From positions 2,480,001 to 2,544,000 of the forward strand of contig CATNEN010000003.1 in assembly GCA_950097015.1 (NCBI GenBank): 64,000 nt of DNA, written 5' to 3'. The position numbers were made by a program, and so were the translations under genes. The notes below the pieces were generated by a model that saw only the letters and a program-made list of their open reading frames with translations, was not told where the DNA came from and did no database searches. Positions 14,547 through 27,510 of this stretch are shown piece after piece; the first letter of the stretch is position 1; each line of letters starts with the position of its first letter. The DNA is from Macrostomum hystrix. Lineage: Eukaryota > Animalia > Platyhelminthes.

Positions 14547-15364
14547 ACACATTAATTGCTAGTTAACATCTAAACAGGCAATCTGTTAAAGCAAAGAAAT
14601 AAGAAACAAGGCATGTCTCGTTAAATTTCGCCTTTCAACTAATCAGAAATAATTTTCTGATTTAAAAAAACACCGGCTTAAACAATCGGACATTGTTTTT
14701 TTATTTTTTTCAGCTAACATGGTGTTGGTGATGCATAATTGCGTCACAATGCGCAACTTGTAACAGTTTTTTAAGCGGCTGTACAATGTAATCAATAAGG
14801 AAAAAAAGAAAAAGAGCACACATACTACTTATTAAAACTACAAGTTGCAAGTAGCTAGCAAAGCACATTGTCACGCAAGTTACAGAAAGTTGAAAGTAAT
14901 AAACAATTGTAACTATCATCAGTAAAGTAAAGAGATACAAACAGAAAGTTGTTAGACAATGTTACGTTTGAAAATTAATTTTAAGACATTTCAAGTATAC
15001 AAGTGGATTGAAACATATTAGATTACTCAAAGCGTGTATTCATAATTATCAAGTTATAACTTCAACTAAAGGGACTTGAAGTCAATCCTTGGGATCAAAT
15101 TTAAATAACTCAATTTTCATAGAATTCGGACCAATCAATGAATTCTAAAATGGCATTAAAGTGGGTGAAGCGTTAACAGTAGAAATACCCCGGCTATTTT
15201 TCGGTTGGCGAAAGAAAGTGGGTATTTTAAATATCCACTGCCTACTGCACGATAGCTCCCGATTCTTGTCGAAAGCAGAAAATTTTCGAAAATCTCGACG
15301 ATGCCAATGGAAGTAATTCTGGAAGTAGTTTAATCTTATAGAGCGGAAAAATTATTCCGTGTTT

Positions 15365-15647
15365 TGGATCTCACGACTTGAAGGTCGGGGGTTCGATTCC
15401 CGACTCCACTGGAACAATTTGCGTCCTTTAGCAAGACACTTAACTCTGCATTGCTTCAGTTCACCCAGCTGTTAAATGGGTACCAGCATCAGCTGGGATA
15501 ATTGAAGGTGGGTGTGGCGTCCCCCCAGTACGTGGACTGAACAGCTGTACGCAGCCTTCAGATGCTGTCAGTGCTGTCGGCTGCACATCTGACCCAATTG
15601 GGGCAGGTGTAATCAATTATTATTATTTATTATTAATTATTATTATA
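15365..15647 (+). mobile_element. tRNA-derived SINE with conserved central domain and (TTA)n tail
   Basis: Pol III B-box GGTTCGATTCC at ~15390; central GTCCTTTAGCAAGACACTTAAC...CAGTTCACCCAGCTGTTAAATGGGTACC resembles CORE/Meta-type SINE domains (superfamily uncertain); inverted copy at 24725-24952. Confidence 0.85.
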
Positions 15648-15849
15648 TGGATCTAAATGGCGTTTTAATGAATACTTTGGGAGATACAGAAAATATGTTG
15701 GCTATTTAAAATGCCCCCCGTGTTAAGAAAATTACAATTCTGCCCAATGCTAAACCTTGGCCCAGTTTAGCACTGACTAGTAGTAAATAAAGCACATTTC
15801 ATGTTAATAATAAAAATGAACATCGAACAATAGCAATGAATTCCATCTG

Positions 15850-17613
15850 CTAATCCATCGGTTCATCTTCAACCTCTTCAAATTTATCGTGCTGCCACTT
15901 GCCCTCGATGCCTCCGCCGCCACCGCCGCCGCGTCCTCTGCGACCGAAGCCACGACGACCGCCTCTGGCGCCGCCGCCGCGGAAGAAGGCTGCCCCGTTG
16001 CCGACGCCTCCCCTAGCGGGTCGATTTCCGCTGCCGCCGCGATCGTCATGCAGAAAATACGAAGGCGCCTTAGGCGTAGCTAACGGATCCGCGGCAGCAG
16101 CAGCAGCACCAGGCGGCCGATAGAATCGCTCATCGGCGTTCGGCCGATGCTGGAGCTCAGGCCGACGGCCCAGTCGTTCGGCGATTGGACGGCGCTGACG
16201 ACGCTGGGCGCCAAGCAGAGGCGGCGGCGAAGGCGAGGTCGACGGCGACAGAGAAGCGAAACGACGAACCGGCGGGCCGCCGATTCGATCGTGAATTGGT
16301 CGCGCCGGTTGATCGGCGCGCAGTCGACTGCTAGTGATCCAGATTTTGGGAGAATTGGAGCGCGATCTAGAACGGGATCGGGATCTAGACAGGCGACGGC
16401 GACGCGAGCCGAAGCCGGTCGACGATGACATGCGGATCGAGCGACGCTCCCTGATAAAACAACGAAAAATGGGAGATTTGGGATTTTTTTGGGGAAATTC
16501 GGGATTTTAGGGAAGTTTTTGAGCTCGATTCCGCGGCGAAACCACATTCATTTGGGGCGCAGCCGCGGAGAGAAGGCTTGGCGGCTTGTGTGTGCTCAGG
16601 AGTTAGCTGAATGGGCAGAATGGCCTCCTTACCCGAATGTGCTTGCATTATCTCCGTCTTAGGTGGTCACTGACCATAATAAATATGGAGCTGCTGGACC
16701 TTCAACAAGAAATAGTTGAGTTTAGGCTAATATCGAGGCTTCATCTGCAAAATTAGAAAAAATCGCTCTAGGGACTCCATTGCCAGATACAGGCACACTG
16801 CTGACGGTGCTGACGACGTCGGGGTGGTGACTGATTAGTTGACAGACTAGGCGAGGGTCCTGTGGTTAAGCTTCGTCCTATTTTGAGGCTTGATCAGAGA
16901 AATGCGAGAAATTTGTATTAGGGTGTCTATAGTTGACTGGTGCCACTTATTGAAGGTCCAGCAGCCCTGTCTAGGTAAAGGTAGGTGACCACCGAAGTCG
17001 GGAAAAATCTGACATTCGGCAAGAACCGATGAATATCTCGACGGTCTGAAGTGCGCAACAAAAAGTTGGTCCGTGTTCTTCCCCCCTGTAAGTATCATGT
17101 GCTTACCCCCCCTTCCTTCGTATAAAAACGGGCGGGTAAATGGCTTGGTAGTCCTACTGTTGTACTAACCTGTCAGCGCTGCCACTTCTATGACGATGGT
17201 CGTACTCATGCAACTGTCTGGCCGTGCTACTGTACACTCTCATAGTTGTTGGCGGCTTCGGCTCCGGCGACAGTCGGTCGTGGTGAAATTTTAACACTTC
17301 CGGCCTTTGAAATACTGGCGTAGCGCCCTCATTGCCGCGCCTAGCTAGACGGATAACGTCAACGTCTGGATCGAAACGACGCACTAGCGGCTCAGTGCTA
17401 GGAGGGCCGCGCACTTTGCGTTCAATAACAATGGAGACGTCTTCGTCGATGCTTTGAAATGCATCTGTAGATGCGTCGAATCGACTAAAGCGTTCGCTAG
17501 TAGTCTGGCTAGTAGTATGACGTCTGGTGCTCATAATTTTATTTGCTGACTTGAATAAGTGTTTGTTTGATTGACCCCCGACCTTCAAGTTTCTTACCTC
17601 TGAAATGCAACAT
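15850..17613 (-). CDS. BCLAF1/THRAP3-like RS/RGG-rich RNA-processing protein; exons 17613-17598, 17545-17170, 16450-15850
   Basis: Phase-consistent GT-AG junctions; RS tract; motifs SERFS, YFLHDDR, RGRG and KWQHDKF resemble the THRAP3/BCLAF1 C-terminal motifs. Confidence 0.75.
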
Positions 17614-19098
17614 GATGCCTAAAAGATTATTCAAGACTAAGTATGAAACCAGGATTATATTAGGCCTATGTTTGATCTACTATAATCACCAGTGATAGTA
17701 TAAAAAATTAATTTTGTTTAATGTAACAGGATATTGTTCAATTATGTTAAATGATAACATTTTTTACAGTATATTTACAAAAAATACAAGCTTAGCAACT
17801 AAAGACACTTTTTAAATCATATATGTCATCACACACTTTTGTCACGTCATTTACCTTCATATTTATACAATACATAATGCTCTCTCTTTTTCATTAAATA
17901 AAAATGTAAACAGCTATTATTGTGTAGTCCAACTTAGTTTCCCCACTTTCTTTACTGATTTAGGTATCTTACTTCTTACTTTTTAAGTCAATACAATTCG
18001 AATGAAAACACGTAACAATGACAAAAGATTTAGTAGGCCTAAGTTGTTATTACAATAATTAAAAAGGATGACATTAATGTTAGTTAATGAATATGTAGGT
18101 TGAAATGTAGAACACAGTCGTCACACTGGCAACTTTGTCAATCTATTGGCTCGAGGGTTCAAGTTTAACAAAACGTTCAAACCCAAAAGGGCCTTGTTTC
18201 AAAAAACAGAACCATGTGGATAAAATTGAAATTAATGGCATGGCATATTTATATAAAGAGTTTTAGACCTATTCATACAAGCTGTCGTGTGGATAAGCAG
18301 AAAATTATCGGCACGGATCAGTGTGGATAAAATTGAAATTAACGGCATGGGACCATGGGAATAAGCTCTGCCTTAATACTGAGTGCTAATAGAATATATA
18401 TATATTCCATAGTGTAGAATGTAGATAACAAAGAAGTGAACTAGGGTAATGTATCATCAACCAAACAAGAATGTGTATTTTTTTAACTTCAAACCTAAGA
18501 GCCCTATAGATTTTCTATTTAAGATATGATGATAAATCAAAAGCCAAGTTATAGAAAACAGTTACATATTTCTAAAAAGTATCTGCTTTTGCTATTTTAT
18601 CAAATAGAAAAAAAGTTATTCCTGCTTTTTATCTAAAACCGAACAATGATTTTCATGTATCTTCAAACCAAAAAGAGAATTTGATGTTATGGTTTTACGA
18701 TTTGAGTGAGTGGTTTAATCTTATTTTAAGGAGTGAACTATCATGAATTACGTAATTTGAAAGCATTTTTCATGCTCTATAAATAACTACATTTATGGTC
18801 ATTTAATTGGCAAGCAACCACATACAATCTTTGTCTAAAGTACATACTGAAAAAATGTTGTTAAAAAGTATGCTTTTGCAATAAAAATTTCTACTGAAAC
18901 ATCTATATCTTTCTTTCCTCTTAATGCTTCATTGCACATCATGCCTCAGCTTGTAGATAATTTCTTCAACTTTCAAATTAGTTGTTCTGTGAAACACAAT
19001 AGCTTGTTTCTGTCTTGCACAAGACCAAGGAAGAAGTCAAAATTAGGGCCTATTGTTTGGTTTTGAAGATATACTGTTTGGTTGATGATACATTACCC

Positions 19099-19582
19099 AG
19101 TCCTGCAGGTCATTTCGGTGACAAGACATTTTGGTGACAGTCATTTCGATGACAACTCAAGTCATTTCAGTGACACAATTAGTCAGATTGGTGACAACTA
19201 TTTTTGCACCTAAATATGCTAAAAAACAGCCTTCCATTTTAACTATGCACACTTATAATGTATTAATTAAATAATGCTATAGGCCTAAGCATTAATAAGA
19301 GGCTGCATCGCTCTGATTAAGTCTGGGTTTTACTTTAAATGAGTTAAATTATTAAATTATTTAATAAGTAGTCAATAGTTTCAATAGTTATTCGTTCCTA
19401 ATTAAATGTGTATAATAATCTTTTTTCAAGTTTTGGATTGACAAAGCGAGTGCAGCTGCTGGATTGTGGAAGGCTGTTTTCTCAGCATATTTAGGTGCAA
19501 AGATAGTTGTCACCGAACAGACCAATTCTGTCACTGAAATGACTGTCACCGAAATGTCTTGTCACCAAAATGACCTGGGACC
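19099..19582. mobile_element. MITE / non-autonomous DNA transposon, ~484 bp, ~120-135-bp imperfect TIRs, TSD CATTACCC
   Basis: 19099-19236 is the reverse complement (with indels) of 19467-19582; CATTACCC at 19091-19098 and 19583-19590; subterminal CATTTCGGTGACA-type repeats; AT-rich non-coding core. Confidence 0.88.
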
Positions 19583-20933
19583 CATTACCCTATATGCTTT
19601 TGGAATTTTTAAAATCCATAAAAAAATAAAAATTTATTGCAATTTTTATGTTTTCCAAGTCAAATCTATCCAGTCATCTAGATCACAGCCCCTTATGGGA
19701 AAAAACATTACAAAAAGGTCAAAAACAACTATAATGTTGATCAAGAATTGTTATACTTATAATAGCTTTTTTATTACTTGACCAATTTAGATGAGTGAGG
19801 TGTCTTTGAACTCACCAAGCAAGATCTGTAACACAAGAAAACCAAAAATATGGAATTTTTTATTTTTAATTTCTCACTGGAGCCCCTACATATTATTAGG
19901 TTGCTACTACTACTACTACTAGGCATTGGTAGGCAATAATCACTTTACTCTACAAATAAGGGCAGTTAGTGTTACCCAGTTGTCGGCTTGCAAGAATTTT
20001 ACTTTTGGCGTGCATCAGTAATTTTTCAAAAAATCGTTCCTGCGTGCACCCAACACGATCCATACTATGGCAGTCAGACTGTGCCTGTAGCCTGTGTGAG
20101 TGTGCTCACGTTCTGTGTTAAATGCAGTACACTGTAGTGCGTACGCTTAAGTATAAATACATGAAGATCTTTTGTCGTGTGTATTTTATTATAATTTTGG
20201 CAACATATTTTCTCATGACTTTAGGGTGGTGACCTCGCGGTGGTGAATTCAATGGTTAGTGCTTGACTAAGTAAGTACTACGTACGGTGTGATCGAAATG
20301 TGTGCGAAATTAGTCGTTTAAATCAACGCTGAATGCGTTACAATATTATAACACAATTACAATTAAATTATGAAATTTGCCGCAATAAAACCGTCATGCT
20401 TTTAGTTTTAGTACCGCAAGGATCTATGCTGTAGAAAAAAACAAAATAGACTCTAATTTGTTGCACCCTCTACTGCTTTGAGCAGTAATATTATTAGATA
20501 ATACATTATCTAGTATTTCATAATTAGATAGTAACACGCGGAAATCAATTTTTCAAAAGTCAACCCTACTTAAAATGTTCTAAAATTAAATATACATAAA
20601 TTTATGCATGTACGATTACATCATACATGCACAGACTAAACCTGCTTATTTTTGTGTATTAGCATAGAGGGACAGGGCTTGTATAGTGGCGGCTCCCAAG
20701 TCTATGACCATGGACAGTTTTATCGCAGTGTTTTTTACGCTTGACTTTTCGTATTAAGATCGTATTGACCTAATATTTTTTTACAAACGGATTCGAGTAG
20801 AAAATTTTATAGATTAGTTAATCAAGCGAATATTTAAAACTATTTTTTAATTTAGTTGGGTTTTAAACAACAGGTAGTCGACAAAGTCAAGGATTGTAAT
20901 TCGTTTTTTCAGCCGTAAAGTTATTGTTGATTT

Positions 20934-23900
20934 CTATAGTTGATTTCTAACAAACGTGGGATGCCAGGGCAGCGGTCTCAGGAACAGGTGATCAATTAGG
21001 AGAGCGTTGCGCAGTTCGCGTTCAAATTCCTCCTGAGTGACGGTGGCATCGGCAACGCCACGCCTCATCACAGACACCCTGGCTATAAGATTTGTGACGC
21101 CAGTTTTCTCCTGAGTCAGCTCCAACGTAGCAAGTCGCCAATAAAACCAACGATCTGGCTGTAAGCTGTAGTTCTGCAGCAGGTGACTCATCGTTGAAGT
21201 TGATAACAGCGGCTGCTGCGACACTGCAGTTCAATGAGAAGTTAGACGATTCTGGGGTATCACTTCACGACTCATTGAGACTTTAGAAGACCCTAGACAA
21301 TTATAAGACGCTTCTAACAGATTTTACGATCGTATATGATTCTAGACGACTATAGATGAGTCTAGATTGTTCTACATGATTCTAGATGATTCTAAGTGAT
21401 CCTAGATGATTCTAAGTGATCTTAGATGATTATAGATGATTCTCAATGATTCTAGATGATTCTAGATGATTCTCAATGATTCTAGATGATTCTAGATAAT
21501 TCTAAATTATCCTAGATGATTCTAGATGATTCTCAATGATTCTAGATGATTCTAGATAATTCTAAATTATCCTAGATGACTCTAGATGATTCTAGATGAT
21601 TCTCAATGATTCTAGATGATTCTAGATGATTCTCAATGATTCTAGATGATTCTAGATAATTCTAAATTATCCTAGATGATTCTAGATGATTCTCAATGAT
21701 TCTAGATGATTCTAGATAATTCTAAATTATCCTAGATGATTCTAGATGATTCTCAATGATTCTAAAGTATCCTAGATGATTCTAGATGATTCTCAATGAT
21801 TCTCAATGATTCCAGACGATTCTAGATGATTCTAAATTATCTTAGATGATTCTCAATGATTCCAGACGATTCTAGATGATTCTAAATTATCATAGAAGAT
21901 TCTAAATTATCCTAGACGATTCTAGAGGATTATAAATTATCAAATGGTCAAATGATCAAATGATCAAAAGGACAAAAAATCATCAAATGATTACCACCAT
22001 TTTCCTTGGGCGAATCGGCTGTGACGTCGACGGAGCACTCAAAATTGGAGACTGTCACACTTCGCCGATTGATCCTGAAAAGCAAGAGGCGCGGAAATAA
22101 AATTTTGAAAATAACATCTATTTCGTATGAGATCTCATCATTATAACAGTGAAATGAGTTCACCTGGCCTGTATCAGCGGCACGCGAACACCGGAGCTGT
22201 CAGCAGCCGAAGCTACATAATCAGAGTCCAGTGGTTCGCAAATCAACTTCTTCACGCGCAACAGCAGATCGTAGCGTCCAAGATGCACGCCAAAGAATTG
22301 AAACTCCATCATCAATGGACGGCTGAGCAGGATCGGACTGAGTACGGGCGATGAGAACAGTGCTCCGCCTAGGGAGGACTCCGGAAGAAGGCGAACTAGG
22401 CGTGGCTCCGACAGCTGCAACTGGGTCTGCGATGCGATAGGAGACGCAATTCTATGTAGGGATCCTGCTGCGATTCTATGTAGGGATCCTGCTGCGATTC
22501 TATGTAGGGATCCTGCTGCGATTCTATGTAGGGATCCTGATGCGATTCTATGTAGGGATCCTGCTGCGATTCTAGCTAGGGATCCTGCTGCGATTCTAGC
22601 TAGGGATCCTGCTGCGATTCTAGCTAGGGATCCTGCTGCGATTCTATCTAGGGATCCTGCTGCGATTCTAGCTAGGGATCCTGCTGCGATTCTAGCTACG
22701 GATCCTGCTGCGATTCTATCTAGGGATCCTGCTGCGATTCTAGCTAGGGATCCTGCTGCGATTCTAGCTATCTTCGGATCCTGCTGCGATTCTATCTAGG
22801 GATCCTGCTGCGATTCTAGCTACGGATCCTGCTGCGATTCTAGCTAGCTACGGATCCTGCTACGATTCTTGCTACAGGTCCTTCTGCGATTCTATCTAGG
22901 GATCCTGCTGCGATTCTAGCTATCTTCGGATCCTGCTGCGATTCTAGCTACGGATCCTGCTGCGATTCTAGCTACGGATCCTGCTGCGATTCTAGCTACG
23001 GATCCTGCTGCGATTCTATCTAGGGATCCTGCTGCGATTCTAGCTAGGGATCCTGCTGCGATTCTAGCTATCTTCGGATCCTGCTGCGATTCTATCTAGG
23101 GATCCTGCTGCGATTCTAGCTACGGATCCTGCTGCGATTCTAGCTAGCTACGGATCCTGCTACGATTCTTGCTACAGGTCCTTCTGTGATTCTATCTAGG
23201 GATCCTGCTGCGATTCTAGCTATCTTCGGATCCTGCTGCGATTCTAGCTACGGATCCTGCTGCGATTCTAGCTACGGATCCTGCTGCGATTCTAGCTACG
23301 GATCCTGCTGCGATTCTAGCTACGGATCCTGCTGCGATTCTAGCTACGGATCCTGCTGCGATTCTAGCTACGGATCCTGCTGCGATTCTAGCTACGGATA
23401 CTGCTGCGATTCTAGCTACGGATACTGCTGCGATTCTAGCTAGCTACGGATCCTGTTACGATTCTTGCTACGGATCCTGCTGCGACTCTAGCTACGGATT
23501 CTAGTTACCCATCCTGCTCAAACTCTAGCTTCCAGAAGGACTCACTCACCGGCGTCTGATCATCCAGCTCCACTGGACGAGCCCTGTAGAGGCCCAGCAG
23601 AGCCTGAAGGTAGAGTCGAGCGAACGGATTGTCGCCACAGCAGGTGTCCAAGCAGACATTTGGCCAGCAGTTGCGCAGGTGGTGCTCACCAAAATGGCGT
23701 CGAATTCTATCAACCCAACAGGTGTCGATGGCGCCTTTGTCAGCGACTGTCGCAGATTTTACGCCGCAGAGCCGACGAAACGCAGTCGAGACAGTGCAAA
23801 CTCGAGCCAGATCGGTCAGACTCAGGTAAGCTGCTACGCGAGACAAACAAGAAGCCGGCAGATTGTCCAACAATGGCATCTGGAGACTGGGGGGTTGCGA

Positions 23901-25291
23901 AATCGGAGATTTTTTATTTCAAAAGTGGCTGACGATTCTTATAGTCACCGACTGACGAAACTACCTGCTTTCTAGTTCAATAGAGTAAATTAATCCTCAA
24001 GATCAGCCTTTGATTACTCAAAAAAAATCCAAGGTCTCTGTCTAAAATACTCGAATAATCTCAAGGTCGCTCTTTAATACTCGAATAATCTCAAGGTCTC
24101 TCTTTAATACTCGAATAATCTCAAGGTCTCTCTTTAATACTCGAATAATCTCAAGGTCTCTCTTTAATACTCGAATAATCTCAAGGTCACTCTTTAATAC
24201 TCGAATAATCTCAAGGTCACTCTTTAATACTCGAATAATCTCAAGGTCTCTCTTTAATACTCGAATAATCTCAAGGTCACTCTTTAATACTCGAATAATC
24301 TCAAGGTCACTCCTTAATACTCGAATAATCTCAAGGTCACTCCTTAATACTCGAATAATCTCAAGGTCACTCTTTAATACTCGAATAATCTCAAGGTCAC
24401 TCCTTGATTCTCAAATATTAAAATGACACTTTTTGATACTCGAATAATCAAAGGTCATTCTTTGATGTAAAAAAAAACTTAAGGTCAAATGATTTCAACG
24501 TCACTCATGTATACTCCCAACCGGGTCACTAGGACTAGATGGTCGAGAAACTGCGTTTCTTAGTAAAAGTTTAGGATGCTGGTTTTCGCCGAAAAATGCT
24601 CCACGTAGATAGGAAACAGCTTTTTTGCAGAAATTTAGTGACCGTCTTTTATTGGAGCCGGATTAAAGGCCCATCTTTTGCTATTAGTTTCCTTGTTTAT
24701 AGCTGAATCTATTTCTGTCAAGCTTTATTGAGGCCCCAATTGGGCCAGATGTGCAGCCGACAGAAACAGTCGCATCTAAAGGCTGCGTACTGCTGTTCAG
24801 TCCATGGACTGGGGGGACGCTACACCCACCCTCAGTTATTCCTAGCTGATGCTAATAGCTGGTCGAACTGAAGAAATTCAGAGTTGAATGTCTTGCTAAA
24901 TTACACAAACTGTTCTAGTATAGCCGGGAATCGAACCTCCGACCTTCAAGTTTATAATAAAGCTTTTAATTAACTCACCTTACAGAAGCATTCGCAAATT
25001 CCTCCACTTCTTCAACTCGATCTTCTTCATCATCTTCGTCGTCAATTTGGTCTCTGTGGTCTAGCCAAGAACCTCGACTGGCTTTGTTCTTATCGGCATT
25101 GTCATTCGCGTCGGCACTCCAATCGATGATTTCGTAGGAAATGGTCTCACCGGTTGGCAAGTTCCAATTGTCCTGCTCAAACAGGCCAGTGCCAGTCAGA
25201 GTTGACAGAATTTTTCGAGGACTGACTATGTTTAATAAGCTCAGCTCTGTTGGAGCAATGCCGAGGCTGTTTAAGAATTTTTTAGTTGTCA
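20934..25291 (-). CDS. F-box protein; exons 25291-24979, 23886-23550, 22426-22164, 22074-21995, 21223-20934
   Basis: F-box motif LLDNLPASCLSRVAAYLSLTDLARVCTVSTAFRRL in exon 2; all four junctions GT-AG and phase-compatible (2,0,2,1); C-terminal domain not recognised. Confidence 0.8.
21335..21942. repeat. Intronic 10-bp satellite GATTCTAGAT with variants
   Basis: 10-bp phase visible; fills F-box intron 4. Confidence 0.95.
22448..23504. repeat. Intronic minisatellite, 24-bp unit GATTCTAGCTA(G/C)GGATCCTGCTGC with a 300-bp higher-order duplication
   Basis: Fills F-box intron 2; 22741-22900 is repeated at 23041-23200. Confidence 0.96.
24046..24465. repeat. Intronic minisatellite, 30-bp unit TACTCGAATAATCTCAAGGTC(A/T)CTCTTTAA
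   Basis: Exact 30-bp phase; F-box intron 1. Confidence 0.96.
24725..24952 (-). mobile_element. Second copy of the tRNA-derived SINE, in F-box intron 1
   Basis: Reverse complement aligns along its length with 15375-15605, including the B-box. Confidence 0.85.
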
Positions 25292-25627
25292 TTGTGTTAA
25301 CCAATTTTCAAGAGTATAAATTGTTTGTGAGCTAAATTATTCAAGTATGAGAAAAAGCCTTCTAACCCATTGAAAGCTATTTTGTCTATGGTAAATTTTC
25401 ACTTCAGCTTCCGACTGGATTGTTTTTTTGTTTTAGTCTATGGCCCAAACCAATTTTAATTTGAAAACTTCCTCCCGCGTCTTTTTTGCTCATAAGGCTA
25501 CAGATGTAGAAAAAGATGGAAAAGATGGAAAGAGATACAGTAGAAAAATGTAGAAGAGAATGATAAAAAAGCAGAGTTTCACAAACTCAAACAAACTCAG
25601 TGGCGACAGGCCGCATTTGCATAGAGA

Positions 25628-26056
25628 TGGACTCAGCCAAGGTTCTCATCGTCATCTTGCAAACAAGCTACTAACGGGGCTACATGCCTACAGGCAGGCG
25701 CAATACACCTTCTCGGCTGCTTGGTCTTGGCTGCTTCGTAGATCTGACCAACGGTGTCAGAGACCGGACTGTCTGGCATCAGAAATCTCGGCAATCAAAC
25801 TGTTGTGACTGATAGTGGATTCGTAAACACCGCTGTGCTCACTCTAGGCTACTGCAGTGCAATCTGCTCGTTGGGTGGCTTTGAATATTTCGGCGTTCAA
25901 TGCAGCGTCGCCTGCTTCTGCAGCTCCCGCTTGCCAAGCCAGAGTGTAGCTGCCCTCAACCAGTGCGACATGGCTTGCGCTGGCGACAACAGTCAGATCT
26001 GCGGTGACTCATATCGCAATTCAGTTCCTAGACAGATCTATACCAGTGAGTTCTAA
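25628..26056 (+). pseudogene. WSC-domain gene copy with frameshifts
   Basis: WSC pattern C-x3-C...YFGVQ...CFC...C-x3-C-x-G...CG in 25754..26056; the N-terminal WSC motif LGCFVD...RD (~25726) is in another frame; the ATG at 25628 hits an early stop. Confidence 0.65.
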
Positions 26057-26232
26057 TTTTTAAATGGGCCACTAGGAGTAGATTTACGGGAAACTACATT
26101 TTGCTGAAATGTAGTGCCTTTTAATATTCGTTTACTTATTTAATAAAAGCTTCATTTGATTGGGCTCGTCGTTTGGTGTGATTAGGCAAGTCAGCTTCTA
26201 ACTTCAATTTCAAAGAAATAATCACGCGAACA

Positions 26233-26313
26233 GTCACGTGACACCAAGGTCGCGTGCTCCTATTGGCTGAAGAAGGCCACGCAGGTCGTTCTTATGTGTG
26301 TGCTAAAAATAGA
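26233..26313 (+). promoter_or_regulatory. Candidate cis-regulatory module: palindromic E-box GTCACGTGAC, ATTGG (CCAAT) and MEF2-type CTAAAAATAG
   Basis: Consensus motifs within 80 bp; the same motif pair recurs at 35382-35418. Confidence 0.4.
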
Positions 26314-26464
26314 CACTTAAGTACCGGAAGATTTGAGCAATGTGATCGGTGACCTACTTGCCAAAACTTGAGACACGATTGAACTATAAATTTCTAGCAG
26401 ACTAAATACTTTCTAAATCTTTAAAATAGCTCTTAGCGTGCAGGAAACTCAAGTCACGATTTTT

Positions 26465-26816
26465 AACAGGTTATCCAGCTGCTGGAACCACTAATCTAAA
26501 CTCTCAACAGGTTATCGGAGTGCTGGAACCTTTAATCTAGACTCTCAACAGGTTATCGGAGTGCTGGAACCTTTAATCTAGACTCTCAACAGGTTATCGG
26601 AGTGCTGGAACCTTTAATCTAGACTCTCAACAGGTTATCGGAGTGCTGGAACCTTTAATCTAGACTCTCAACAGGTTATCGGAGTGCTGGAACCTTTAAT
26701 CTAGACTCTCAACAGGTTATCGGAGTGCTGGAACCTTTAATCTAGACTTTCAACAGGTTATCGGAGTGCTGGAACCTTTAATCTAGACTCTCAACAGGTT
26801 ATCGGAGTGCTGGAAC
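26465..26816. repeat. Minisatellite, 41-bp unit AACAGGTTATCGGAGTGCTGGAACCTTTAATCTAGACTCTC
   Basis: About 8.5 near-identical copies. Confidence 0.96.
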
Positions 26817-27510
26817 ATCTAGTCGAGATTTTCTAGATCTTTCTAATCTAGATCTAATCGAAAAAAAGCTGATAAAAACTAAGAAAGAAGTAATATAATA
26901 CAGTTTATTTTTATAACGAATTTTGTCCAATCGAGTTAAAAAGAATTAACTTTTAATGAAAGTTAGTTTACAAGTACAGGTTCGTATATTTTGTCATTGG
27001 TTTTATAGGGCAAAAAAGAATTTAGACTCAGAATTAAAAAAGAAAAAAGTTTATAAAACAGAAGCTAAATTTTGAGATTTTTTATTTGTAATCGGATAAT
27101 TTTAATTTTGCTAGTTTTTTAAACCGCATTATTACTCGGCAATGTAAAATATAAATAAAAAAAATGAGATATTAACAAAATTTAATGGATAAAACAAAAA
27201 AAGACAATTAAAATGATTAGAATGTGATGAAAAAATATAATAATTTAATTATCTACATAGGAATACTGATTGAGTGGTTAATCAAAAGCTAAACACGTGC
27301 AGATTATGCAACAATTGAAAAATGGGAGAACTTATTTGATTGAAGTAAAAATAAGTAACAAAGAACAGAATTGCACAAAATATTTTTCAAAAGACAAAAC
27401 ATATCCCACTTGATTGGCAAGTCATACAGAAAGCAGGCTTTTACCCCCCGTAGTTGAAAAATTATGAAAATTAAATAATTATCTTTTGTTTTTATGTTTA
27501 TGTCACATCA

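Noticed and set aside
15375-15410. tRNA gene (also 61520-61565)
   Set aside because: Only the B-box/T-arm is present with no full cloverleaf; it continues into a SINE body
18215-18350. 29-bp direct repeat TGTGGATAAAATTGAAATTAA(T/C)GGCATGG
   Set aside because: Simple local duplication with no element structure between the copies
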